A stretch of DNA of 64,000 bases from Octopus sinensis (lineage: Eukaryota), in contig NC_043009.1 of assembly GCF_006345805.1 (NCBI RefSeq), positions 8,122,001 to 8,186,000 on the forward strand, written 5' to 3'. The notes under the pieces are model-generated. The model was given only the letters and a program-made list of their open reading frames with translations. It was not told the DNA's origin and did not search any database. Position 1 is the stretch's first letter, and each line of letters begins with the position of its first letter. Of the stretch, positions 51,796 through 64,000 are shown one piece after another. The position numbers and the translations under genes are program-made.

Positions 51796-52862
51796 GTTGG
51801 GTGGGAGAAGATTAATTTCTATGTAAACACACACACACACACACATAAGTACAATGACGCACACACATGAATGCACTACTTCTGTAGTGCATGTGCATAT
51901 ACAAATATACCACACACACATCTTTGCTGAGGAAACTGTCATTTCTATCTATGTACACACACACACACAATGGTACAATAACATGCGCATCTTTACTGAC
52001 ACATATACCAACTTTTGTATGTACACACTGGTACACCATATGCATAATTTTTTTTTTATATACATTCACACTGCTACTACAATACACACACACACACACA
52101 TACACACAATCATTAATTTCTTTGGACTACATTGTTCAGTATGTTTTATTTTTCTTAAAATATAGCGTGATTGCCAGGAGATTTGGCTGCTATTTCTAGC
52201 ACTTCAAATGGCCACATAGAAACCCCTCATCAGCTCATTATTTAGCTTATTCTGTTCTTTGGTCCTTCTGAACTGTTTTCATGAGGCCACAATACGCTGA
52301 CAGTTATCAAGTGCAAACTTAGAAATTTTGCATCACTAATCCGAGTTCTTAACCAGTCAGTCATTGAGGTTGGTTACGTTTATCTGTATGCTTATCTGCT
52401 TGTGTATTCATATGTCTATTAATTAATTCATTTGTATTTAAAGTTGCATCTGCCCTCCATCAATACCCTGAGTTTCGAATTTCTGCTTTCCTAATAAGTG
52501 TTAGAAAGGCTGTCATGTAAATGTACATACTCTACTATATGTATTGAGTACTTTTTCCCATCGTTTGTAAGTTCGCACACACAGTGTGCATGTATGCGTG
52601 TGTCTGTGTCTGAGGATGCATAAAATCATTGCAGCATAAGAGAACACAGGATAATAAGCCAATATGTTTGCAGTTTATGTCCTATTACTGTATTTTGTTA
52701 TGTCTCCATCAGTGACACTTAGTTCTCCAATGGCACAGTCCACCTAGCCGAAAGTAGGTACTCAGAGTTCAGAGTCAAAATAAAAATCACAAAGTATTCA
52801 ATCCAACATTCTAACAACACCATTGCTAATTTGCCATCTTAGTGTAAATATGTAAAGATATG

Positions 52863-53060
52863 TTGTTTGTTGTTTAGTTTAGCCCCAGGTCAATTCTAAT
52901 TGAGCAGACTTTATGATCAGACATCCCAGTTGTGAACTTACCTCCATTTTGAAGATATCTAAGACTGTATTGTCTTATTTAAGATGGTATAGTGTGATTT
53001 GAGGAAGGACATTATTTTGGCTGCTATTTCTAGCAGGTCAAGTAACCACATAGAAGCACT
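52863..53060 (-). mobile_element. (AAC)-tailed interspersed repeat, family E
   Basis: Recurrent motif (G)CTAGAAATAGCAGCCAAATCTC..CAAATCACACC...GACCTGGGGCTAAACAACAAC. Other copies at ~21985-22195, 25000-25170, 25680-25845, 27610-27810, 37070-37250, 43370-43540, 45940-46120, 46365-46563, 46630-46830, 47230-47385, 58496-58685. Confidence 0.7.
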
Positions 53061-55494
53061 TTCATTACTTTGTCAACGTGGCACTGTTGTATAGTTTTGA
53101 TGTTCTAAGCCTTCTTCTTTCACATGTAACAGCAGCCCTTGGCACTTTCAACTTTCTGGTTTCATTCCATTCATCATTTAAAGCAGACATTGCATCTTTT
53201 GTGTCTCCAGTTATTTCACATTCTTCATCTTCTTCTCTCTCTCTCTCTCTCTCTCTCTCTGTTCTAAACATCATCATCATTATCATCATCATCCTATGTA
53301 GGCCTCAATATTATAAAGAAACATCCTCAACTGATTTGTATTACAAAAAGAATCAAAAATATTCTACACAGAAAGAATCTTTTGAATATTCTTGTTTTTA
53401 TTTTTGTTTTACTGTTTCAACATCATCTCTCATGTTATTTTTCTAAATTATATTTCAATCACAATATTCTCTAAATATCTTCAAGTGCCATATTCCTTTA
53501 AGGAAAATATGCTAACACGCACAAATATTAGGTAGAGCTGTACCCGGTCAAAATACTTACTAGAGTCAATAGGTCCCAAGGTGATAGGTACCTCAGTGTG
53601 GCCACAGTTCTGTGACTGAAACCAGTAAAGGAGGTTTTGTCTATGACACACATCAAGTGCACTAAATATTATTTACCTTTTTGTGACAAGACATGTCTTT
53701 TAACAAATGATCAGCCTACTTCAAAAGATGAGAGAATAGAAATAGTGACATTCATGCCTTTCCTAATAGCATTAGAAGTGTAAATGAAAAGAGATATCAC
53801 AAGGAATCAAAATTTATTCTGGTATTCAGTTCACCTATTCTTCAGTACAGGTGAACTGGTTATTCCATTCCTACACAAACACGCACACACACATGCACGT
53901 GCACTTTTGTGGGCCACATTTCTAATGAAATAATAATTTCAAATTTTAGGGCAGAGCCAGTAGCTTTTGAGGGGAAAGTGAAGTCAGTTACGTTGCTTCC
54001 AGTTCTTGACTGGTACTTATTTTATTGACCCCCTGAAGAGATGAACGGCAAAGTTGACCTCAGCAGAATTTGAATGTAGGACATGAAAATGGATAAAATG
54101 CCGCAAAGCAGTTTGTGCAGCTTGCTGTCTGACATTCCTAATGAAATAATGCAACTTCCCCACATATCAAAGAAATGCTTTTCCTGAATCTTGCTGTTAT
54201 GTATAATTCTCTAGTGTGAAACTTCCATGTTGCACAGAGGTCAGTAGGAAATGTGCTTCTCACTATGGGATTCCAAATGATAGATTTTCAGGAATGTAGC
54301 ATTTCTGCAATGCAGGGAATGCTTATACAATGCTTTTGTGATCCAATTAATTTTCTTAGTGTTCGTAAATTTCATGAGATTTCATCTTTATCAATTAAGT
54401 TGGTTTTTGGAACACAACTTAAAAATAGTGGGTCTTGCATAAAATTATAATGGAAAATTTAATTGTTATATATGAACAGTTTAAAATGAGAAGTTTTGTA
54501 TCAGAACCAGATGTTCTCTTAGGTTATCAAATGTATTATACACATAGTTAGGGTCATGCTTAATATTTTGTTTTTCAGTATGATTTTAAAATTTATTTTG
54601 TCACAATTTTGATCTCAAACTGTGTTGAAAGTTATATTGTTACACTTTAAGAAAATCATGTTGCCAACTAACCCATTAATTTAGAGCATTTGAAATCATT
54701 GGAAGGTCATGAAGTTGTGTGGTAAAAGATTTCTGGCAATGTATCTAAAACTGAAGTGAGCTACAACCAACGGGTGTGTTTATTGACAGTGTGACTCTCC
54801 CAAAGTATAACAATATGAGTTCTAAGAGTTATCCACAACTAAAAGTTTTTAGCAATTGAGTAAAAACTGATGATCAAGAGAATTCTAAAATGATTTGATA
54901 AGTTCAAATTGCCAAGAGGAGTGAAGAAAGTAAGATTTTTGGCCATCAGCAAAGAGTGAAGGAAAGAGAAAAGTTGAGGTGGTGGTGAGGTATCACTTGA
55001 ACTGTAGGTAAACACGTATACATTACATATGCAGATATGTAATTATAGCATAGTTCTTTCCTACTGACTCAGTATTAATTACATACATATGTCAACTGCA
55101 TTTTCTCCCATCTTTTATGCTCTGTGTCAGTTGTACTTTTGAATAAAATTATTACTTCATATCTATGTATTGACTTCCCTGATGTTTAAAATTGTTTTAC
55201 TCCATGTATATCTCCATCCTCATTTAATGTCCATTTGCTTCACTGTTATGGATCAGACAGTTCAACAAGAACTGATGAGCCAGAGAACTGCACTGATCTC
55301 CAGTGTTTGTCTTTCACATGGCTTCTATAGCTGGATGCTCTTCCTAATGCCAACCACTTTGCAGGGTGTGTGTTGGATGCTTTATTCATGACACTGGCAC
55401 TTGTGAAGTCACCAAGTAACTTATAAAATAAGATACTCTCTACTGAGTAGGTGGGGTATAGCATTAAGGGAGGTGGCTTTATGCCAAGTGTTGA

Positions 55495-55875
55495 GGTGTA
55501 GGAGCAGCTGTGTGGTAAGTAGCTTGCTTACCAATCACATGGTCCGGGGTTCAGTCCCACTGCATGGCACCTCGAGTGAGTGTCTTCAACTATAGCCTTG
55601 GGCCGACCAAAGCCTTCTGAGTGGATTTGGTAGATGGAAATTGGAAGAAGCCTGTCGTATATGTGTATGTATGTGTGTGTATATGCTTGTGTATGTGTTT
55701 GTCCCCCTAACATTGCTTGACATCCGATGATGGTGTTTACATCCCCATAACTTAGCAGTTCAGCAAAAGAAACTGATAGAGTAAGTACATAGAGTTGATC
55801 GCTTCAACTAAAAACCCTTTAAGGCAATACTCTAATATGGCTGCAGTCAAAATGACTGAAACACGTAAAAGAATA
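55495..55875 (+). mobile_element. tRNA-derived SINE, family A
   Basis: Head GGTGTAGGAGCAGCTGTGTGGTAAGTAGC to tail GACTGAAACACGTAAAAG. Confidence 0.88.
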
Positions 55876-57209
55876 TTGTATACCTATGAAGACAGCAACA
55901 GGCATTGGAAAAAGTTACTTATTAGAAATATAAGTCAGTTAAAGGAATTCTGTAAATTAGTGCGATATTTAAAAAGAATACATTTTCCCCAGAAAATCTT
56001 GAGAAATTTTATTTTAGGTTCTGTGTCTATTTATTTGCTTTTTTTGTGTGTTTTATGAAGCTCTGTTTGAAACCTTTTAATTGCTTGAATACAACAATTG
56101 TAAGTGAATCAACATGCCTGGCTCAACTAAGGAACTTTTAAAACATCTTCAGCATCTTTAAAAAATAATTTATCCAGGGTACAGCGAATTCATGTGCTTG
56201 TATTTAAGGTATATTAATAAGCCCACGCAATGGCCATGTACAGCTACTAGTGTGTGCATGTGTGTGTGTGTGTGTACATGTATATATATATATATATATA
56301 TATCTATCTTTATCCCCTCACTTGTCAGCATCAGTGTCTTAATTTTAATAGATGTAATCTGTAATAAGTTTTGCTTTTGGTGTTGAAATACATGTTGGGA
56401 TTGGGATGTTAAGGTAGCTTACGATTATAAAAGCCCTTTTGCTGGTTTCCCCAACAATCCCCACCATGGGGCCCACAGAGGAAATACATTAACTATCCAT
56501 GCTCCAAAGGAAGCGGTGGCTTCTTGCTGATTCCTTCATTGCATTTTCTATCAATGACAGCTTGTATTTCACATTTTCCAGTTTGCCTGTCTGTCACTTC
56601 GACATACCAAACAATAATAGTTACAGTGTCAAACAGATTTCTGTTTATATATCTTCTCTGTGTTGGTCTGTTTGCTTGCTCGCTTGCTTGCTTGTTTGTT
56701 TACTCTATTGTCTTTTGTTCTTGTTTTTTTTTTTTTCTAATTTTTTTCCTTCCTTCTTCCCTTTTTGGTTAGTAACACTGCCACCATATCTGGCACCACC
56801 ACAATCATTATAGCACCATTTACCATTATCCATTACTATCGCTGTTATCTACATATACACAGTTGTTACTGACATTACTACAATTACTACAGCAAATAAT
56901 ATCCCTACTGATCCCTACCGTCACCAACAGTGCCACCAACACTACCACCAGCATCACAATCATTACCATATGGCCTATGAAAGTGAGGTATAGGGGTACA
57001 TAAAATGGGGGTAGGGGTAAGAATTTCCCTGAGATTTCAGAAAATGTTTGCATTTATTGAAGACTGCCATTCACAGAAGAGAAGGAATCCCCTCACCCCC
57101 AATGAAACATTGTGTACCCCCAAAAAATTCTCTGAGATTTTGCATTCACCTTTTTCATACAATTTGTGAGTGTCACCATTAATTTTACTTCCCCAAGCCA
57201 TCATCATCA

Positions 57210-58290
57210 TGGCAGAATTGTTACATGCTTAGCAGCATTCCTTCTGACTTTACATTCTGAGTTCAAATTCTACTAAGGTCAACTTTTCCTTTCATCCTTT
57301 CGGGGTTGATAACGTAAGTACCAGTGTAATACTGGGATCGATGTAATCGACTCATCCCCTTCCCCAAACATGGCTGCCCTTGTGGCAAAGTTTGAAACCA
57401 TTATTATTGTAGTTCAATATTTAAGAGACGAGGAATTATGTACACTATTTACATTTGATGGATATTTGTCCTCATCTTGTTTGTTGTTAACACAACGTTT
57501 CAGCTGGTATACCCTTCAGCCTTCATCAGGTGTCTTGGGGTAATTTTGAACCTAGGTTCTCATTCCTAAGGTATTTTTCAATGTTCCTTCCCCTCCTCCT
57601 CCTCCTCCTCCTCCTCATCATCACCATCATCACCATCACCACCATCATCACCATCATCATCATCATCATTATTATTATTATTGCAGAACCATTACATGCT
57701 TATCAGCATTTTCTCCAGCTTTACATTCTGAATTCAGATTCCACCAAGGTTGATTTTGCTTTTTTCATCCTTTTGGGGTTGATAAAATAAGTACCAGTTG
57801 CACACTGGGGTTGATGTAATCGACTCATCCTCTCCTCCAAAACTGCTGCTCTTGTGGCAAAATTTTAAACCATTATTATTATTATTATATTGAAAAGGCA
57901 GCAATCTGGCAGAAAGGTGCCAGGCAAAATGCTTAGCAGCATTTTACCCATCTTTACATTCTGAGCTCAAATCTCACTGAGGTTGGCTTTACCTTTCGTC
58001 CTTTCAGGGTTCGATAAAATAAATACCAGTTGATCACTGGGGTCAATGTAATCGACTTACCTCCTCCAACAAACTTGCTGCCCTTGTGCCAAAATTTGAA
58101 CCTTTATTATTATTAATATTTCATTCGTCTTCACATTCTGAGTTCAAATTCCACCGAGGTCGACTTTACCTTGCCTTCTTTTGGTGTTGATAAAATAAGT
58201 ATTAGTTGTGTAAGTCGATGTGACTAACCGTTACCCAAATTTCAGGCCATGTGCCTCTAGTAGAAAGGGTTGTTGTTATTATTATTATTA
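57210..58290 (+). mobile_element. Cluster of four same-orientation family B SINEs
   Basis: Units at ~57210-57408, 57683-57885, 57896-58115 and 58125-58290, each with TTCTGAGTTCAAATTC...GATAAAATAAGTACCAGT and an (ATT)n tail. Confidence 0.85.
57489..57534 (-). ncRNA. Penelope-type minimal hammerhead-like motif
   Basis: Minus strand: GACAC-CTGATGA-A-GGCTG AAGGGTATAC CAGCT-GAAAC GTT-GTGTT. Stem I has 5 bp and stem II 5 bp; loopless palindromic AACGTT stem III. One extra A after the core. Confidence 0.55.
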
Positions 58291-58917
58291 TTATCACCTA
58301 CTTTCAACCAGTGCTGTCTTTATCTTCTATTCGTCATTATTGCTGTGTCTATCATTCACCATTAACTACCTACTTTCCCCACTGTCATCATTATTATCCA
58401 CAGACTTCACTATCATTACTTACTACTACTGCCTCCCTCTCCATCATCACTATTACACCTATTTCTGTTTTTATCACTAGCCAATGAGGAGGAGACTGCT
58501 AGAAATAGCAGCCAAATCTCCTTCAAGCCATATTGTACCATCTTAAAAACAAAAGACACATTGGATAAAATGTGGTCTTAAAAGCTCTGCGTCTGAAATA
58601 AAAAGCAATAAAAGATTGTCTCTAGAATACAGTTCTGATTATAGTTCTGCTGAATCAAAGTGACCTGGGGCTTAACGACAACTGCAGCAGAGACAGCTAC
58701 AGCAGACACTGCATTATGATTATTGATGTCACCATCCATATCAAGCTGATCATTATTTCATACATCATTACTCTTGTGATCACCAAGCCCTATGTTTACC
58801 ATCACCACCTCTACCACCACCAACAACAACAACTACAACAACAACAACACCATTACCATCACCACCACCACCACTTCTTCCAGTTTTATTCACCTTTTGA
58901 TTTATTCTGTATTTCAG

Positions 58918-58951
58918 ATGGACAGCTCTGGTTATTTATCAAATACTGTTG
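58918..58951 (+). CDS. Candidate 34-nt micro-exon
   Basis: Strong acceptor TTTATTCTGTATTTCAG and consensus donor TG|GTAAGT. All three frames are open (MDSSGYLSNTV / GQLWLFIKYC / WTALVIYQILL). Confidence 0.35.
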
Positions 58952-59668
58952 GTAAGTCTCTACACTCTTTAACATTGTTCTTTAATGTTTTCAGTTTTTG
59001 TATATTGATGTGCAATGCACACACACACACACATTATCATCATTGTTTTAATGTACACTTTTCCACGCTGGCATGGGTCAGATGAAGTTTGTTGAGGCAG
59101 GTTTTCTGCTGTTGGATGCCCTTCCTGTGCCAACCCTCGTCTGTTTTCAAGTAATATTTTCCCTGGTCCTTTAAACCCAAACAGCTCAGTAGCCAGGCTT
59201 GGTTTCATGAAACATTGCAAAGAAACAACATTGAATTTACTTGTGTGATGATAATGCTTTTTTACAACTAGCACATGAACACACACACACATCCATCCAT
59301 GCCATCATGGAAAATGAATATTAAAGGATGATGATGATGAGGATGATATATATATATAGAGAGAGAGAGGCACAGGTGTTGTGTGCTTCAGAAGCTTGCT
59401 TCCTAACCACATGGTTTCAGGTTCAGTCCCACTGCATGACACCTTGGGTGAGTGTCTTCTACTATATCCCAAGAGTAACCCAAGCCTTGTAAGTGGCATG
59501 AAATCATTTTTAACATTCTGACCAGTAACATGCCGTAGCCAATGATATACTGCTTGACAATGTAAAAATATAACTGCTCTAGTTCTCTTTTGGACTATGA
59601 TTTTTTTCTGGCATACAGACAACTAATAATAATAACAATAATAATAATAATGATAATAATAATAATAA

Positions 59669-60007
59669 GTGGGGGAGCATCATAGCCATGTATTGAGAGA
59701 GATTCTTTGGCGGTTTAAATAATTAACTTCTGGAAACATTGGTATTTTGCTCAACATCCTTAAACAAAACCTTATTCAGGGACCTTTTGAGCCGGATGGG
59801 TTACTCGACCAGAAGAAAATTATAACTGGGCCCCACCTGCAAGGTCATGTGCTGTTTATCTTGATATGAGATCACCATGTCTCGCACACATGGTTGTGAT
59901 GCATGTGCCTAGTGTAGCCTTATCAGACGGGTAGTCATGATGGTTATGCTGGGCTTTGTATATTTTACCCCGGTGTCACTTTGATGGCATGCATTGCTCT
60001 CTTACTC
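59669..60007. mobile_element. Unclassified interspersed element flanked by (AAT)n on both sides
   Basis: ~340-bp CpG-containing segment sharply bounded by (AAT)n tracts, as expected for a retroelement inserted into a microsatellite. Confidence 0.45.
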
Positions 60008-60038
<31 letters not shown>

Positions 60039-61318
60039 TAGGTAAAATAGTACAAATGGAGCTAAGGGAATAAGAGACAGCTATTTGGACAACATGAGAT
60101 ATCACAACAGTAAATAAAAATTCCAAAAGGGATGGACAAAATGTGAGCAGAGATAAATAGATAAATAAAATGAACATAAAAACTTGTGCACAGTGACTTT
60201 TATGCTTTGGAAAGGGAAAGAAGTAGGCTGGGGATTCAGGTGAACATGTCAAATGCACACACACACACACACACACACACGTATGTATGTATGTGTGTAT
60301 GTATGTAATGTATGTATGTATGTATGTATGTATGTACGTATGTAGGGTGCTGGTGCTGGGGCCAACTGAAAAGCACTGGTGATGGTGCCATGTAAAAAGC
60401 ACCCAGTAAACTTTTTAGAGTGGTTGGCATTAGGAAGAGCATCTGGCTGTAGAAACCAAGTCAAAACAGACTATAGAACCTATTGTGGCCTGTGACCTGT
60501 GACCTTGCCAGTTCCTGTCAAGCCATCCAATCCATGCCAGCATAGAAAATGAATGTTAAATGTAGTTGATGATGATGATGTAATATTAGTAGTAGTACTA
60601 TTCCTTTCTGTAGAAGTGTTAGTTCAAAAATGTCAGACTTTTTCATTTTCCCTTAGCTTCAAACTAATATATCTTGTTGTTGTTCTCTCACCTGTCTGTC
60701 TTTTTTTTTTCTTTTTGTACAATTTCGAACCATATATATGTATATATTTATGTATGTACGTACATGTCTTCTCTTCCTGATTGGAATTACTGAGTTTATT
60801 TTGATGACTAACCTGCTTAGTGGCAAAGCAGTAAAGGAAACAAAAAATATCAATGGTATCTTGTTCTTTTCATTACACCTTACACAACCATTCATCCCTT
60901 AAATTTTATGAAGTTCTTGCAGATTTTTATTCTCGCAGACATGGTAATTACCTGCAGCATATAAATTATGGACTTACATTCAGTCTCCAACTTCAGCTAT
61001 ACTTTCATTCATATACGTTCATATGTAACTGGTCACTTAAAGAGTAACAGGTATAAAGATGAAAGAATATTTTGGATAGTGAACACTGTGTGTGTGTGTG
61101 TGTGTGAGAGAGTCTGTATTTATGTTCTTCAAAGAATTCAAGCCAGTCACTAATAAAATGACAAGACATATTTTTTTTTTTCGTAGTTAAGATAATTCCA
61201 GGTGTTTATGAGTATATGAGTGAGATAGTGTGTACATACTTGTTGATGTATATTTGGATATACCTGTATTTATGTAATGGGTGCATGTATGTTTCTTTAG
61301 TGCATGTTTGCGTGAGTG

Positions 61319-61366
<48 letters not shown>

Positions 61367-62329
61367 GTGATTATTCTTTATGTATCTGTATGCATATGCC
61401 ATATCTGCATATGTGATTGGTACATATGTTTATTCGAGAAACCTCAAAGGGAAAAATCTTTGGAATGTTTTACTAATGTCCACTGTACTACTAATCAATT
61501 GTATTTAAGGATGGGAATCAATTTGCTTGCTTTTCAGGCTTTTATGCAAATTTGTTGTTATATAGCCCTTTGCACTGTGATACTAGGAACCAATGACAAT
61601 CTATAGCAAGGATAAGTTCCACTGTAGTTCATCATGATGTTCTCTATTTCTGCTGGGCAGCAGCCGGTCTCTACACCAGAGCATGGCTTCTGTTTCCTGT
61701 CCCACACAACATCAGGTGTGTTATGTTTGCACTGAATTGTTATTTTTATTGGAATGCTCCCCCCAGTATTCTATTTGGTGACCTCACTGCAGGGTGGTGG
61801 TACATGCAAAGTACCCGGTGTACTCTGTAAAGTGGTTGGTGTTAGGAAGGGCATCAAACCATAGAAACCATGCCAAAGCTGACAGTGTGCTTGATGCAGT
61901 CTTCTGATTTGCTTCTGTCATCTAATCCATGACAGCATGGAAAACAGACATTAAATGAGAATGATGACAACAATGATGATGATGCAGACAATGATGATGA
62001 TAATCCTTCTTTTTTAATGGTGTAGGTACATTATGATTCTGATGTGCATTTAGTATTGCTGTGTATGTATGTGTGCATACATGTATGCATGGTGGTTGCT
62101 GTACTAGGTGAGATAGCAGCCAAGTTACCCTCAAACTTCATTCTACCATTTTAAAATAGTTGTATGTCTTCTACAGCTATACAGGAATAACCTGAACATG
62201 GATATGCTATCACTGTCACAGTTGATTGGTAGAATCTAAATTATGTTGAATAAAATAACTATTGTATCTAAACACAACCCTTTACGATGTGAGATCAATT
62301 CCTGCTGAGATCAACTTTACCATTCATCC

Positions 62330-62715
62330 TTCTTTTAATTTTAGAAATAGGTCCTGTGCTGCTCAGAACACTGGGTGGGAAGCTTCCTTCACCAGGTTTG
62401 GAAGGCTGCTTCTGTTGCACACCTATAAGGTTAACTGTCTTCAGATTATCTTGGTATGTTTTCCACCAAGTAATTTTTGACTTGCCTCTTTTACACCTGC
62501 TAACTGGTGGTACTTAAGTCATGGCTGTTTTTGAGTAGCATTGATCAGCTAGTTGGAGAATGGGGCCAACTAGGTGGAAATGGCACTCTGCTGCAATCTG
62601 TTGCAATGGTCATGACTGCATTTTTCTCAGAATCATCTCATTTGTGCCACAACCTCACCGGTTCACCCTCAAGATCTTTCAGAGGTACCTTTGTTGGAAA
62701 GCATTTAGTTTTCTA
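62330..62715 (-). mobile_element. Degenerate RTE-clade LINE 3' end
   Basis: Minus strand reads AFQQRYL*KILRVNR*GCGTNEMILRKMQS*PLQQIAAECHFHLVGPILQL...*VPPVSRCKRGKSKITWWKTYQDNL. This matches the RTE C-terminal pattern FxxRCLRKIL..W.D..TN...GHILR...WxP...RGRP..TW. Confidence 0.8.
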
Positions 62716-62773
62716 CCCATTTTTACTGTGCTCTCCCAGTGTGTGTATAATATATACACATATATATATATAT

Positions 62774-62950
62774 AGTATCAGGACAATTCCCCCACCAATG
62801 ACAACTAACGCTAGGACAATTACCCCCTTGGTTAATTACCCCCCTCCTCTTCAATATATTAAGAAGTTTTAAATCATCATCTGTTGTCCTCAAGGTGTTA
62901 TTGTTCTTGGCGGGGTTATTGTCCATGGAGGGGGATTAATGTCCTAGACT
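62774..62950. mobile_element. MITE-like element with subterminal GGACAATT repeats
   Basis: AGGACAATTCCCCC and AGGACAATTACCCCC on the left are mirrored by GGGGTTATTGTCC and GGGGGATTAATGTCCT on the right. Confidence 0.6.
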
Positions 62951-64000
62951 CGTGTGTGTGTGTATGTTTGTGTGTATGAAGGTGCATGGCCAAGTGATTA
63001 AGGTATTCAGCTCAAGATCGTAAGGTTGTGACCTTGATACTGGTGACACATTGTGTCCTTGAGCAAGACACTTTATTTCACTTCACTCCACTTCATTCAG
63101 ATGGAACAAATGAGTTGCATCTATATTTCAAAGAGCCAGCTACGTCACATTCTGTATCACACTGAATCTCCATCAGACCTACATAAAGGGTATGCGTGTC
63201 TATGGAGTGCTCGTTAAGTTTATGAGCAGGCTGTTCTGTTTATCGGATTAACTGGAACTCATCATCATAACCGATGGTGTGCCAGTGTGTGTGTGTGTGT
63301 GTGTATTTCCTACTCTTGATGTAACACAATACTTGCAAATAAGCCCTACCATCATACAAGGGGTGTCTTTCATTTCTAACCTGGCACAAACATTTGTGCA
63401 GCTATGACAAAATATTAACTTGCTTAGAAACAGGTTAGGGTTGGTAACAGAAAAGGCATCCAGCCATAGAAAATCTGTCTCAGTGAATTCTGCTTGACCT
63501 AAGCAAGCATGGACAAGTGGGCATTAACATGATGCAGATGATATCATATGACTGTTAATATACTACTGTATTAATTATTTGACCCTGTGGCAGTATATAT
63601 GCAAGATGTCTGCATCAACAACCAAAGTCAGAAATGACATTTTAGTTTAACCAATAACACAAGTTATGGTGAAACAACATTACAAATTACAATGCATTGG
63701 AAAAAGTTAGAAGAGAAAAATATTTTTACAAAATCTTTCATTCAATCCATGTGCATATGTGTATACACACACACACACACACACAGTATATGAATTTCTG
63801 TATGTACACATGTGAAGCAGTCTTTACCACTTACGTGCATCTGAGTGTGTGTGAATATGTGTATGGTTGGATAGTGTACTTGTTCATGTGCATTTGAATG
63901 GGATATACATGCTTGAATATATATAATTTCACTCTCATATATATATATGTATGTATGTACATACGTACGTACATAGATATACATATATATATATATATAT

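Overview
AT-rich, repeat-saturated eukaryotic DNA, intronic or intergenic. The SINE/MITE repertoire and the (TA)n/(CA)n/(CAT)n/(AAT)n load look like an octopus (coleoid cephalopod) genome; this is inferred from pattern recognition, not from a search. No intact protein-coding gene is visible, and almost all ORFs in the supplied track are microsatellite or SINE artefacts. Recognisable content: several tRNA-derived SINE families and other short retroposons in dozens of copies; three decayed Tc1/mariner elements (two mariner-type, one DD37D/maT); mariner-, hAT- and piggyBac-type MITEs, some with clean target-site duplications; RTE LINE fragments; a decayed Gypsy gag-pol remnant; and a 34-bp minisatellite. 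The most interesting signal is five sequence-unrelated type I hammerhead-ribozyme motifs (3.6, 7.9, 32.7-33.2, 40.1 and 57.5 kb). Some have intact catalytic cores and palindromic stem III, and they sit in short Penelope-pLTR-like or fold-back elements with no ORF. Also notable are three short locally templated insertions (copies of DNA 1-1.7 kb away) and a few candidate micro-exons of an unidentified host gene.
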